A DNA stretch of 64,000 nucleotides from a virus. Taxonomy: Duplodnaviria; Caudoviricetes. The position numbers and the translations under genes were made by a program. Positions 40,320 through 50,569 of this stretch are shown one piece after another. The stretch's first letter is position 1; each line of letters begins with the position of its first letter. The DNA lies in IMG/VR virus record IMGVR_UViG_3300014205_000172, positions 96,001-160,000 of that record; one strand, written 5' to 3'. Below the pieces are notes generated by a model that was not told the DNA's origin, searched no databases, and saw only the letters and a program-made list of their open reading frames with translations.

Positions 40320-41486
40320 ATGGTGATCAATTTTGCAAGTCAAGGGGATGAAAGTCCACTACTTGATTTAATGGAATGCGACCGCGCACTTCAGAGTTCT
40401 TTTGAAGCCATGCAACGCTCAATCCAGTCGGCTGATGCGTTAGGTCAACTTCAGGAACTTTCCCCTGAGAACTTCAGGGCTGCTGTAGGTCCTGTCATGT
40501 CCGCTTTGACTGCCGGCACCACGGTGGACCTTGAAGGATTCACTTACAGCCAAGAAGCCATGAGTGTCAGTGCGATGGGTGTGCTTAAAGCCATTGGTCG
40601 CGCTATTGCTGAGTTCTTTAAAGCCGTGCTTGATTTCCTTACCTCTTTAGATCTGGCTGCAATCTGGCTGGGCCGTAAGGTATCGGTATTGGCTAAAACG
40701 GTTCCGACCACCAGCGGGATGCAGGCAACCGTCCCCACGATCACAATGGGTCGGCAGGCTAAGTTCCTACGAGTTGGCGCTAAGTACATCCGCGAAGCCA
40801 ATCGGTTAGAGCAGGAACTTAAGTACCTGGATAAAGCCATTGATGTAATCTCGGGTACTTACACACACTCCCTGCTTGAAACAGCCACCGACATGCCTGG
40901 TGCTGTCCGTGGTAAGTCAGGGGATATGCTAGAGTTGGCGATGGTTGAACTGATCGAAAAGATCAAGTTCGATAAAGTGGCTCAAGATCTTGAAATGCAA
41001 GCTGCGCCTCAGGAACGTTTTAATCGCGCGAATGTTCAGGTAAGTAAGCCGCTGCTTGGCGGACACAGCATTTTTTATCTTCAGTCTGACCTACTTAAGA
41101 AAGGTGTGTCAGGTTTTACTTTTCACGGCCTGATGTATGAGAAGACTACAAGTAGTGAACTCAAGATCGACAGCCATGTTGATTTCGATGTCCTGCGTCC
41201 TAATCAAATTGGCCACATTCCAGAAATCCTTAAATCGGTGCTGGGTAGTCTTTCGTCGGCATCTAACCTGCCTGTTCGCACTGCTATCAACCACGCTAAG
41301 TCGTCGCTCAATAACCTGACTAACAACATGGAAGGTACTGAGCATGATATCAGCCTAGTACGTCGTACCGTTTCAGCATTAACGTATTGGATGGGTAACC
41401 CTTCCCGTATGCTGTATTCCAACTCAATGTCCGTAGTCAGGGCTAGTATTGCTTACTGCGAAGATTCCATCAAAACTTACAAATAG
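40320..41486 (+). CDS. Internal head protein paralogue
   Basis: 388 aa; SFE, SQE sites then amphipathic helix GVLKAIGRAIAEFF. Confidence 0.72.
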   Translation: MVINFASQGDESPLLDLMECDRALQSSFEAMQRSIQSADALGQLQELSPENFRAAVGPVMSALTAGTTVDLEGFTYSQEAMSVSAMGVLKAIGRAIAEFFKAVLDFLTSLDLAAIWLGRKVSVLAKTVPTTSGMQATVPTITMGRQAKFLRVGAKYIREANRLEQELKYLDKAIDVISGTYTHSLLETATDMPGAVRGKSGDMLELAMVELIEKIKFDKVAQDLEMQAAPQERFNRANVQVSKPLLGGHSIFYLQSDLLKKGVSGFTFHGLMYEKTTSSELKIDSHVDFDVLRPNQIGHIPEILKSVLGSLSSASNLPVRTAINHAKSSLNNLTNNMEGTEHDISLVRRTVSALTYWMGNPSRMLYSNSMSVVRASIAYCEDSIKTYK

Positions 41487-41494
41487 GTGATAGT

Positions 41495-42793
41495 GTGACT
41501 CGATTTATCAGTGACTTCAAACGCAGTCTTAGCGGAGCCAGCCTTGAATCGGCAGAAGTACCTGCAGTGCCAACGGAACCTATTCACGAAGGTGCTGTAA
41601 CTCAAGAAGATATCGACAGCGTGCGTGAACACCGTGCTGCGGTGATTGATGTGGTCCAAGATCTGAAAGCGCTCAATGTTGACTCGGAAACGATCAGCGA
41701 TGTCACCAGCGCGATCCGTACGGTATCCACACCGCTTGAGAACGCCGACAAGCTAACGCCGGGTAACGCCCAAACTTACATCGGTCTGTCCAACATCGGC
41801 GCGGATCAAGCAGAGAAGGTGCTCGACACCACCATTCCTCGCCTGCAAGAAGCTGGTAATGGCATCACGGGCGAATCGATGGAAGGTGTGGCGGGTTGGG
41901 TAGCCTCGGCTACTAAAAGCCTGTGGAATGCCGCTGGTAAGTTCTTTGAACGCATTGCCACAGGCTTTGCTCGGATGAACACCACTTCTCAAGGTTTCCA
42001 CAACCGTATTGCTCGTATCCAGGGTAAGATGAGAAGCCGTAAGGGCGATGGCGGCAAACCTCTGTCGATGGCGGCTCGCACACGCGCTCTGTTGATCGAA
42101 GGCAATGGTTTCGTCTCGGCGCACAATGGCGGTGAAGAACTGAAGAAGTTTTCTACTGTGGCACTCGGCATTGTCAATGAGCTTGAGAAATACATGCTCG
42201 AAGTCGACAGCGCTGCGAAGAATGAACTGATGGGCGCTCTGATCAATAACTTTGATCGGGGCGAGACCGTCATTGACAGTTCTGAATACGCGACGAAGAT
42301 TGCTTCACTGCTGAGTGCGCAAGGCGGTCAGATGCTGGGCAATGCCAAGTACGAGATCCGTGAAGAACGTGGTCGTTCACGCATCCTCAACTGCGTGTTG
42401 GTCAATTCGGTACCTTCGGCTTCGGACATGGTGAAACACTTGGATGCTCCGGTATCCTTGCCCCCTGCCGATGTCGTTCATCTGCTGAGTCAGATTTCTG
42501 ACGTGGTTACGCACCAAACCACGCAACTTCAGCACATCATCAAATCCACCGAAAGTTCGTTCAAACAGCTGCGCGGTGTGATTGACTCGATGACAGAGCA
42601 GAAGTTCGATGAGAAAGGTGAAGCGATGGTGCATGGCCACGACGCCAACATCCATCGCCTGATCCGTCTTGAGAACACTCTGGTGGATGAGCTTAGCGAT
42701 ATTGCTAAGGCGATGACACGCCACCAGAGTGATCTGATCGTTCGTATCGACGCAGTACTGACCCTTGCGGAAGAGTCAGTGTTCCAGGACTAA
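41495..42793 (+). CDS. Internal head protein paralogue
   Basis: 432 aa; SLE, SME sites then GVAGWV...SLWNAAGKFFERI. Confidence 0.72.
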   Translation: MTRFISDFKRSLSGASLESAEVPAVPTEPIHEGAVTQEDIDSVREHRAAVIDVVQDLKALNVDSETISDVTSAIRTVSTPLENADKLTPGNAQTYIGLSNIGADQAEKVLDTTIPRLQEAGNGITGESMEGVAGWVASATKSLWNAAGKFFERIATGFARMNTTSQGFHNRIARIQGKMRSRKGDGGKPLSMAARTRALLIEGNGFVSAHNGGEELKKFSTVALGIVNELEKYMLEVDSAAKNELMGALINNFDRGETVIDSSEYATKIASLLSAQGGQMLGNAKYEIREERGRSRILNCVLVNSVPSASDMVKHLDAPVSLPPADVVHLLSQISDVVTHQTTQLQHIIKSTESSFKQLRGVIDSMTEQKFDEKGEAMVHGHDANIHRLIRLENTLVDELSDIAKAMTRHQSDLIVRIDAVLTLAEESVFQD

Positions 42794-42801
42794 CCACTGA
42801 C

Positions 42802-42835
42802 CATAGAGGGAGGGTCAGCTGACCCTCCCTCTATG
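42802..42835. repeat. CATA...TATG perfect palindrome
   Basis: CATAGAGGGAGGGTCAGCTGACCCTCCCTCTATG, no U-tract. Confidence 0.8.
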
Positions 42836-42851
42836 ACGTTTAGGAGTACGT

Positions 42852-44591
42852 ATGCCTCGCATCACAACACCACTTGCTGTCAATTATCAAAACATCCAAC
42901 TACCCGTCGCTACGCAAATCGCTCGTGATGTCATGAAGGTGTGCGGCATTAACGAAAACACGCCATTGTACATGATGGACGAATTCGATAGCATCAAGCA
43001 ACGCGGTAGCGGACCTAATGCTGAAACAGAGATTAGCTTCAACAGTTCGTCTCAGTTGATCGTTACGGCTAAGGATACCCTACAGAACGAATCTATCACT
43101 AACCAGACTGTCCGCACTAACGATCAACCACCTTATTTGGAAGATCGTCGGCTTGGGTTTAGTGTCCGTCCTGTCATGCTAGTATCGAACCTTCAGCTGA
43201 CCTTCAAGTACCGCGCTTCCTCTCGACGTGAAGCGCAAGCGTGGCGTGACGAACAGGCCGTTCGTAAGGCTGAATACCGCCAAGCGATGCACCACGAGAT
43301 CAATTACAACGTACCCATCCATGATGGTGTATTGGCTCTGGTAGCGGAGATCCATTCGCTAAGAGAAAAGATTGCAGGCTACGGTGAGTCATTCCCGGAG
43401 TATTTTAACTCGATCGCCAAAATGGAATTCTCGGCCGATGGCGCGCCAGACGGCGACATTGAAAAGCTCACAACGGTGGTGCCGTTTAAGCAGGATGAGA
43501 TCTCAGGTTGGTTTGAGTTTGATGAGATTCCTCAAGAGACGAAGAAAGACAAGTCGTCGGCCTGGGAGATCGAGTTCACGTACAACATCCGTTACAACCG
43601 ATGCACCCACCTGTATCTTGCGTATCCGCTCATGGTCCATCAGTCTCTTATCTCTAACCAGTATTTCTCAAAGGAAAGAAAGTTCGGATTAGAAGACATG
43701 GAAATGAATGGCAGCATTGGCCTAGCGGCCCTGCACCAAGTGTTAAAGCGTAATGAAATGCCACCGCTCGAAGCTACTACAGGTATGCGCTTCCCACATT
43801 GGGACGAATGGATGCCTGGATATCGAAGCGTGGTATCGCGCACTGTTCCTGCGGCAACCTGGATGATTACATTGGACCCTAAGGACACTCAGGATATCAT
43901 CAACCTTGAGCAGATCCCTAATGTTCGGTTTACGTTAGAGCAGCTGACGTACATGAAATCGACCTTTGCAACCTTGGGACGTAAAGGCGGCGCGAGCTTA
44001 CTTTTTACACTGTACTCAGATACCGTCCCCATGAGTGAGCGGTTACTCACCATCGACAAAGATCTGAATGTGCGGACTACTGTCCCATTGGACTTACGCA
44101 AGCAGTATCACCTGCGTTTGAACTTCCCAACCCTCTACTCCGATTTTACACCAGAGGCGCTGATCGGAATATCGGAACATCCTGAAGCCACGCTGCAAAT
44201 CTTCCAGTCTATGGTTTATGCATTGGACGTAGAGAAGGCTAGAGCAAAGTACGTGTCTGAAGGCTGGCTATCCCGCGATTACGTTAAATGGTTCTATGGG
44301 TATTTGTACGACCATGGTCGCGGTAGCGATGGCAATCCAGCAAACGATGGGACGGGTGGTTCAAATACCACACGGCCAGGTCCTGGTAATGACAACCTTC
44401 CTGGTGGTTCAATCCCTGGAACAGGTGGGATCGGTGGTAATGGGGGTAGTGGTGGTGATGGTTCGTTCCCAGGCGGTGGTGTGCCAGGCAGTGGCCCTGG
44501 TGGCGGTGGCGGGACGTATCACTGGGTTGGTGGTCGTTGGGTTCAGTGGTTGGCGGTGATGACTAAACGCGAAACTAAGGCAGAGGATTAA
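42852..44591 (+). CDS. Virion structural protein (phiKZ gp98 position) with a Gly/Pro-rich segment near the C-terminus
   Basis: 579 aa, AGGAG RBS; synteny. Confidence 0.65.
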   Translation: MPRITTPLAVNYQNIQLPVATQIARDVMKVCGINENTPLYMMDEFDSIKQRGSGPNAETEISFNSSSQLIVTAKDTLQNESITNQTVRTNDQPPYLEDRRLGFSVRPVMLVSNLQLTFKYRASSRREAQAWRDEQAVRKAEYRQAMHHEINYNVPIHDGVLALVAEIHSLREKIAGYGESFPEYFNSIAKMEFSADGAPDGDIEKLTTVVPFKQDEISGWFEFDEIPQETKKDKSSAWEIEFTYNIRYNRCTHLYLAYPLMVHQSLISNQYFSKERKFGLEDMEMNGSIGLAALHQVLKRNEMPPLEATTGMRFPHWDEWMPGYRSVVSRTVPAATWMITLDPKDTQDIINLEQIPNVRFTLEQLTYMKSTFATLGRKGGASLLFTLYSDTVPMSERLLTIDKDLNVRTTVPLDLRKQYHLRLNFPTLYSDFTPEALIGISEHPEATLQIFQSMVYALDVEKARAKYVSEGWLSRDYVKWFYGYLYDHGRGSDGNPANDGTGGSNTTRPGPGNDNLPGGSIPGTGGIGGNGGSGGDGSFPGGGVPGSGPGGGGGTYHWVGGRWVQWLAVMTKRETKAED

Positions 44592-44593
44592 GC

Positions 44594-45946
44594 ATGCCGT
44601 ATATTGATGATGAAAACGAAGTCGCCAAAGAAGTGCCTTCGTTAACGATCGCCAAAGAAGATTTCAAAGGCCCGGTGGTTGATACACGCAAGCAGCAATA
44701 CAGCACACTCTCCACGTTCTATCAAGGTGAAAAGTGGGCCGTTGATCTGCTGCTGGAAACCACAGGTCGTGATTCCACTGTAGGTTCGTTCAGCGCAGAC
44801 ACTTTGGCCACTTACGGCAACTACAAGTTGGTGAAAGGGTTTGAACTGGTTGTTGATTCGACCATTACCAACACTCAAGTTGTAGGTGAGGCTAACGGAT
44901 TCGATTCAACGGGCGGCGGTATTGTCTATCCGTGTGTCGTACCCAACAACGGTACGCTGTTCATTGCTGACATGGGTAATGGGCGTAACGTATTGTTCGC
45001 CATGTACAATCCTGTAAAGCTCGGTATCTACGAAGAGTCTCCGCACAAGGTTGAGTGGAAGGCGATTAAGTTCCTTGATGCCGAGACCATGGCAGCCTTG
45101 GAGGAGCGTACAGTTGAAACGGTCTACTTTGACCGTGAGAACATGCGTAACAACTTAAAGCCTCTACTGACCCGTGCTGAAGTTAACAGCATCAAGCGGC
45201 TGAATAATTCATATCGCCGTTTGATCAACCTGTACTTCAAGAGCTTCTTCAATCCTCGGTTTTCCACCTTTACAGTGCCGATGAATGACGATTCGACGTA
45301 CGACCCTAACTTGGTTCGGTTCTTGCGTCGCTCAATCAGCACCGACATGCACAAAGACATGCATCGGGTGATTGAGCTCGATTGCAGCGCAGATGTAACA
45401 AGTGATCAACTGTCTCTCTACGACATGATCGCTAAACGCGACTACGAGCTCCTGTACAGCTGCTCACGGCATTTTAACCTGCGATCTGTTGACATGTACC
45501 GCACACTCCCTAAACTGCACTCTGTGTTCTACTCAGGGATTCGTAAAGTCATGTCGGCGTCTGACATTAGCTTTTCGGTTAGCCACCCGATCGGTATCGT
45601 CGGTGCAGTAATTCCATTACTTAAAGCTGGCGTTGAGAATCCGCATATGCGGGCTATTCTTCCGCAGTTGTTAAAAGGCGGTACTGAGCCAGCGCCTACC
45701 TATGGCAAGTATATCAAGCGGATTCTGTGCGATGACTATTACGTCTTCTCTAAAGAGTTCTACGAGGGGGATGGTGAAGTCTCCATGCTTGAGCGTATGG
45801 TTCAGCATCGAATGAAAGGTGAGGCCATTGACCTAACCGATTTGGCTGACCTTGCTGAATATTCAACCCGGTTCGATAACCTGGAGCGTTTCTATTACAC
45901 TCCGATTATCCTGACATTGATTAAATTGGCGCCTGGAGTGCTGTAA
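44594..45946 (+). CDS. Virion structural protein (phiKZ gp99 position)
   Basis: 450 aa, GAGGA RBS; synteny. Confidence 0.65.
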   Translation: MPYIDDENEVAKEVPSLTIAKEDFKGPVVDTRKQQYSTLSTFYQGEKWAVDLLLETTGRDSTVGSFSADTLATYGNYKLVKGFELVVDSTITNTQVVGEANGFDSTGGGIVYPCVVPNNGTLFIADMGNGRNVLFAMYNPVKLGIYEESPHKVEWKAIKFLDAETMAALEERTVETVYFDRENMRNNLKPLLTRAEVNSIKRLNNSYRRLINLYFKSFFNPRFSTFTVPMNDDSTYDPNLVRFLRRSISTDMHKDMHRVIELDCSADVTSDQLSLYDMIAKRDYELLYSCSRHFNLRSVDMYRTLPKLHSVFYSGIRKVMSASDISFSVSHPIGIVGAVIPLLKAGVENPHMRAILPQLLKGGTEPAPTYGKYIKRILCDDYYVFSKEFYEGDGEVSMLERMVQHRMKGEAIDLTDLADLAEYSTRFDNLERFYYTPIILTLIKLAPGVL

Positions 45947-45947
45947 C

Positions 45948-46571
45948 ATGAGAACAATGACGCTTGAAGGATTGGGGAATGGGTTCAGACGTCTGGAAAA
46001 CAGACACGTTCCAAAAACAACGGCGTATTACATCTTTGACAAAGCTGAAGTACATCTGTACTCTTTGGATGGCGCTCATTTTCGGGCGATGAATAATCGG
46101 ATGGGTGATTCGGTTATTGGTGCTTCTAACGCTCAGGACGTCGAAGCCGCGGCGGCGGAGATGATCTCCACAGGTGGTACCATCTGGAAGATCATCACGC
46201 AGTTTATCGAAGGGGCTGAAATCACGTTCCCCGATCCTCAGATTCCAGTAAGGATCTATAAACGCATCCTGGCGCATTTGGAAAACCACCTGGCTGAGAT
46301 GCGTACCAACCTGCGCTATGACGCTCCAGAGTTGGAAGACTTCAGACATATGGCGGAGTTCGCCACCCGAATCCGTAGTACTGCCATGGCATACGACCCT
46401 GACCTTGAGAAGAAAACTCCAGGTAACAATCTGGGCAATTGGTTTACTTCACGTCCCGTGTTCAGGCTCAGTGACGGTCATCCGACGGCTGAGAAGAAAA
46501 CGGTGATTCCTAAATCGGTGGCTACGTTGGATGCTATCGAACGGTTCATGGAGCTCACTAATGGCAACTGA
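45948..46571 (+). CDS. Hypothetical protein (phiKZ gp100 position)
   Basis: 207 aa, tightly packed in the operon. Confidence 0.7.
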   Translation: MRTMTLEGLGNGFRRLENRHVPKTTAYYIFDKAEVHLYSLDGAHFRAMNNRMGDSVIGASNAQDVEAAAAEMISTGGTIWKIITQFIEGAEITFPDPQIPVRIYKRILAHLENHLAEMRTNLRYDAPELEDFRHMAEFATRIRSTAMAYDPDLEKKTPGNNLGNWFTSRPVFRLSDGHPTAEKKTVIPKSVATLDAIERFMELTNGN

Positions 46572-47970
46572 ACTGCAATCATCCGCGTTGATGCAAGATG
46601 TCGGTCCGATACTTGCAGCTGATGGCAGCCCTTATTACGTCATCAGTGTGGTGGTTCATGCAGGTGGTAAGGAATACATCCCTCACCAAATCATCAGGAT
46701 AGATGTAGCCCGTGACTATCGGGGGGCTTACATGGACGACCACTCTATTGTCTTGACGTTTGGTGCGGGTACGATGATGAACAACATCGTACCTTTTGAT
46801 GATGATCTTCGGATCACTATCAGCAAAGCCCCAGCCAGAGAAGATGGCGTAATGATCAGTTCGATGCCTGTTTCGGTAAGGACCTATAAGGCGTACATGG
46901 GGGACAACACCGACAGCACTGCTGAGTCTGGTTCCAATGCCGCCATGCAGGACACCGATACGGCTGACCGGTTCTCCATCATCCACACTCAGTTCGTGTT
47001 GGAAGAAGTAGCGGTTCAGCAACTGCGCAGTCAGAGCGTCGGTTTTATCGGCCGGGCTAGACCACCTTGGACGGTGTTAGAAGGGTTTGTATCCAGTGCG
47101 ATCAAGACATTAAAACTTGGGTTAGAGGAAACCATTAATCAGTTTGATCTGGTTTCGGCTAACAACAACAACCCAAGGGATCATGTTGTCATCCCTGACA
47201 ATACCCCTGTTCTTGAACTGGCCGACTATATCCAGAACAAGGCAGGGGGTATTTACTCAACAGGGCTTGGCTTCTATATCCAAGGTCGCTGTATTTATGC
47301 CTGGCCGATGTACGACACTTCAAGAACTCAGACGGCAAAGAAATTGCTGACGGTGATCTTGGCACCTAGTCGTCATTCGATGATGATTGACAGAACTTGG
47401 CTGGTAAAAGGTCGTAAGCTGATGATCTTGTCAGCGGGTATTTCAAAAGTCATCGATGACACGGCAGGTAAACTCAATATCCAGGGTAACGGCGTTCGTT
47501 TTATGGATGCTAGTAAGATCATTGGCGACAATGGTACTGTAAAGGATAACAAGTTCACCATGTCCCGTAGTCAGAACGTGAATGAATTCATTACCACTGT
47601 GGTTGGTAATGGTCAGAACACGGCTAGGGGGTCAAGTCCAACCACTAACGTTTATCTGGAAGCGAGTAAGCTTGCGGCCAGATCGGTGGTCTACGTGCTA
47701 GTGCCTTGGATCAGGAGCAATCCGGATGCTATTGTTCCAGGCATGCCTACTGAGATTATATTCGAGTATGCAGGCGATATCCAAACAATGAATGGCGTAT
47801 TGCTAGAGGCGTATCACAGCTACGAGCTAGAAGGTCGAGGTATGATTGCGTCAAGGCATCGTGCTAAGTCTTCACTGCTACTCGCGGTTGATCGCCTTGA
47901 CCCTGCTTATTTACGGTACTTGAAAAATGGGGGTACGTTATCCCCAGCACCAGAGATGGGCGCAATCTGA
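46561..47970 (+). CDS. Virion structural protein, probable baseplate hub-like (phiKZ gp101 position)
   Basis: About 469 aa from ATG 46561 (GGAG RBS), beta-rich; synteny. Confidence 0.6.
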   Translation: MATELQSSALMQDVGPILAADGSPYYVISVVVHAGGKEYIPHQIIRIDVARDYRGAYMDDHSIVLTFGAGTMMNNIVPFDDDLRITISKAPAREDGVMISSMPVSVRTYKAYMGDNTDSTAESGSNAAMQDTDTADRFSIIHTQFVLEEVAVQQLRSQSVGFIGRARPPWTVLEGFVSSAIKTLKLGLEETINQFDLVSANNNNPRDHVVIPDNTPVLELADYIQNKAGGIYSTGLGFYIQGRCIYAWPMYDTSRTQTAKKLLTVILAPSRHSMMIDRTWLVKGRKLMILSAGISKVIDDTAGKLNIQGNGVRFMDASKIIGDNGTVKDNKFTMSRSQNVNEFITTVVGNGQNTARGSSPTTNVYLEASKLAARSVVYVLVPWIRSNPDAIVPGMPTEIIFEYAGDIQTMNGVLLEAYHSYELEGRGMIASRHRAKSSLLLAVDRLDPAYLRYLKNGGTLSPAPEMGAI

Positions 47971-47978
47971 TCACTGGT

Positions 47979-48008
47979 GGCATACCTGGCTCTTTAGCCA
48001 GGTATGCC
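47979..48008. repeat. CATA...TATG hairpin at the end of the structural operon
   Basis: GGCATACCTGGCT-CTTT-AGCCAGGTATGCC. Confidence 0.75.
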
Positions 48009-48030
48009 ATTATGCTATCGAAATTATTCT

Positions 48031-48044
48031 TAGCAACACATTAC
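48031..48044 (+). promoter_or_regulatory. Putative early promoter motif
   Basis: TAGCAACACATTAC. Confidence 0.55.
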
Positions 48045-48123
48045 GATACTGTAAAACCACTATAACCTGTTCGGTCCATCAGGGAACAGCCGATGATAAT
48101 GTTTCACCGCAAAAGGCAACACT

Positions 48124-48780
48124 ATGATGAACAAAGCGCTATCTCCAGCAAACCGTCCGGTTAAGCCCGGTGCGTTGATCAACCTGATTGTCTATGGCGC
48201 CGAAGGAGGATTACGCCGAAGGCAATTTTTAGTACTCAAGGAGTTCGACCACCAACAAATCTTGGGTAGTATTCGAAACGAAGGTATCGTTAAGTCCGAA
48301 GAGGTGCTTATAAAGCTCTCTGAGATACTTTTAAACCGCGGTATCGTTAAACCCGTTGATACGTACACCTTAGACCTTGGGGATCTTGGACGTCCTTCTA
48401 CGGCCTTACAGAGTTATTACAAGCATTCACTGAATGCTGATTCCTCCACACTGCTTGCAATGATCGAGCAGATCGACAAAAGCTATTACACGTTCATGTC
48501 CGAGGAGGGTGAATTACAACTGCTGAAATTGGAAACCGGTGAAACGCTTGCACATGTGCAGATAATTCTGGAATTTCCACATGAGCTAATCTCTTACACA
48601 ACGCTTGATCTTACAGGACCGCCTGACGCGGATTATCCAGATACATTGGCTGAAGAAATTCAGTTAGCCGTCATGGAAGATCTTGTACTTAAATGGCCTG
48701 AGGCGGAAGTCACAGTAACTGTCAGAATAAGAAAGTCAGAGTTAGCCAGCGCCAAAGAAGCATTGCTAATACGCCAATAA
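48124..48780 (+). CDS. Hypothetical protein
   Basis: 218 aa, AAGG RBS. Confidence 0.7.
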   Translation: MMNKALSPANRPVKPGALINLIVYGAEGGLRRRQFLVLKEFDHQQILGSIRNEGIVKSEEVLIKLSEILLNRGIVKPVDTYTLDLGDLGRPSTALQSYYKHSLNADSSTLLAMIEQIDKSYYTFMSEEGELQLLKLETGETLAHVQIILEFPHELISYTTLDLTGPPDADYPDTLAEEIQLAVMEDLVLKWPEAEVTVTVRIRKSELASAKEALLIRQ

Positions 48781-48822
48781 CACAACTGGGGATTCAAACT
48801 ACTCGAAAAGAGGCACGGCAAC

Positions 48823-49275
48823 ATGCAAACTCGTGAAAGACTCGATGTAACAACCACACTAGCGATTTGTGCATTACTGACACAGGACACCCGTTCTGTG
48901 CAAGCATGCGCTGAGACGCTTATGGACAGCAGTAGCTTGGCCGTACAGAAATCTCTACTGGCGCCATTAGCGCAGTCTGAGTCAGCACTTGACATCGTGC
49001 TGAATGAACACGCATTTACTCAAACAGAGTTTCGACTTGGATTTGTCTGGCGCGGCAAATACGAGTACGAGATCATTGGTAGTTGCGATGAGAAGCCTGA
49101 TTACGATGTACGTGACGTCGTATCAACTGTAGCCGAAACTTTCGTTGGGTGGGGAATCCATGAAGGTAAGGTGAAAATGCGAGTGCTGCATCCGAACGAT
49201 GGGTCGTTTGGGTACCACTACGCAGACCTTGGCAGATCAGCGAATCTGTCCTACGCATCTAAACATGCGGCATAA
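48823..49275 (+). CDS. Hypothetical protein
   Basis: 150 aa, GAGG RBS. Confidence 0.7.
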   Translation: MQTRERLDVTTTLAICALLTQDTRSVQACAETLMDSSSLAVQKSLLAPLAQSESALDIVLNEHAFTQTEFRLGFVWRGKYEYEIIGSCDEKPDYDVRDVVSTVAETFVGWGIHEGKVKMRVLHPNDGSFGYHYADLGRSANLSYASKHAA

Positions 49276-49277
49276 TT

Positions 49278-49326
49278 ACGACATACATCCGCTCCCATCG
49301 GGAGCGGATGTATGCTGTCTTTTTTT
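49278..49326. terminator. Terminator, CATA...TATG family, convergent junction
   Basis: ACGACATACATCCGCTCCC-ATC-GGGAGCGGATGTATGCTGT then a T-run. Confidence 0.85.
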
Positions 49327-49327
49327 G

Positions 49328-50569
49328 TTACTTCGAAGCGCTGTACTGGGACAACGATGCACTCACATGCTTCGCAGCGTCCACACAGCAACCGCCCAAC
49401 AGTGGCAGGATCTTGCGAGGACCTTCCATCATGCCATCCATCAGGGAGCCGGCCATCGACACCACTTTGGAGTTGATTGGTTTTTCACCATTCTTGATGG
49501 CAGATTCCATCATCGCTTTCACTTTACCGATCTCAGCCTTACCAGCCTGGAATCGTGCTACTTCGTGAGCGATGTACTTTGCAGTAGCGGCGATCTCACT
49601 GGCGACGTGTTCCATCTGCTCAAGCGTCAAGACGGGCACTTGTTCCAGGCTGTGCTTACCCGACTTCACGGTCAAGTTGAACTTGTTGATGTGTTCGGCG
49701 TCACGCTTGACCGTTACGACGTGACCGCACGGCCAGTCACCATTGAAGGTGTTCAGCTTAGGGTCGAGCAAGCGCTTGAGTTCTGCGTTCAGATCAGCAC
49801 TGTCCATGGCGCCCAGCGAAACGAAGTTACTGGCCGCCATTTCCTTCACGGCGCTGAGATAGCTGTCGTACCACTCTTCGGTGAAGGCGATCGATTTTGC
49901 AGTCATGGCGTGGATAGCCTTGACTGGGTCAGCGCGAACTGCCACACCACCCCCGTCAATACCTTCAGTCAAGTACACCGCCCAAGCACCAGGCTTCATG
50001 GTGGTTTCTTTGGCAGACAGTTTCTCAGCACGGGCTTTAGTAACACGCGCTTTGATGTTTTCGGCCAGCTTGGTCAGCTTGCCCGAAGACACACCCAGGA
50101 ACGCAATGAAGTTCTGGATGCCGTCCCACAGGCGGGTGATCATCTCAAGGAAGGTGGTCCACAGACGCTTGATCACGCTCTCAGACTTAGCCTTGGTTTC
50201 GGAACGGTTCTCTTCGTTGGTTTGAGTTACGCCCGCGGCTTCGAAAGAAGCACTGTAAACACCGGCCGGGACTGACACGCCACAGGTACGCAGGATGGCT
50301 TCCATACCGACCTGGTATTGATGGGCCAGACGCGGAGTCCAGCTTTCGGCACTGACCTGATCCAGGAAGCGGGTGGTGTAGTTCTCGACCGAAGAGGCGA
50401 CGTTACTCATCTCCTCAACATTACGGCTGATTTCACCAACTTGGTCAGCGGCTTGCTGAATGGCTGTAGTCGAGTCGGCAATATCGTCCATGACCACTTC
50501 GGTAGGGCTGTCTTCCAGGACCGCTTGCGCCGCCGCAATCTCCAGGGCGTTTTGATGAACGATGCTCAT
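49328..50569 (-). CDS. Internal head protein paralogue (gp93-like family)
   Basis: 413 aa; ALE, SVE, GME, SFE sites; SVIKRLWTTFLEMITRLWDGI helix. Confidence 0.75.
   Translation of the reverse strand: MSIVHQNALEIAAAQAVLEDSPTEVVMDDIADSTTAIQQAADQVGEISRNVEEMSNVASSVENYTTRFLDQVSAESWTPRLAHQYQVGMEAILRTCGVSVPAGVYSASFEAAGVTQTNEENRSETKAKSESVIKRLWTTFLEMITRLWDGIQNFIAFLGVSSGKLTKLAENIKARVTKARAEKLSAKETTMKPGAWAVYLTEGIDGGGVAVRADPVKAIHAMTAKSIAFTEEWYDSYLSAVKEMAASNFVSLGAMDSADLNAELKRLLDPKLNTFNGDWPCGHVVTVKRDAEHINKFNLTVKSGKHSLEQVPVLTLEQMEHVASEIAATAKYIAHEVARFQAGKAEIGKVKAMMESAIKNGEKPINSKVVSMAGSLMDGMMEGPRKILPLLGGCCVDAAKHVSASLSQYSASK

Noticed and set aside
49199-50275. 358-aa plus-strand ORF over a head-protein gene
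   Set aside because: Runs through a terminator and is antisense to a well-supported paralogue.
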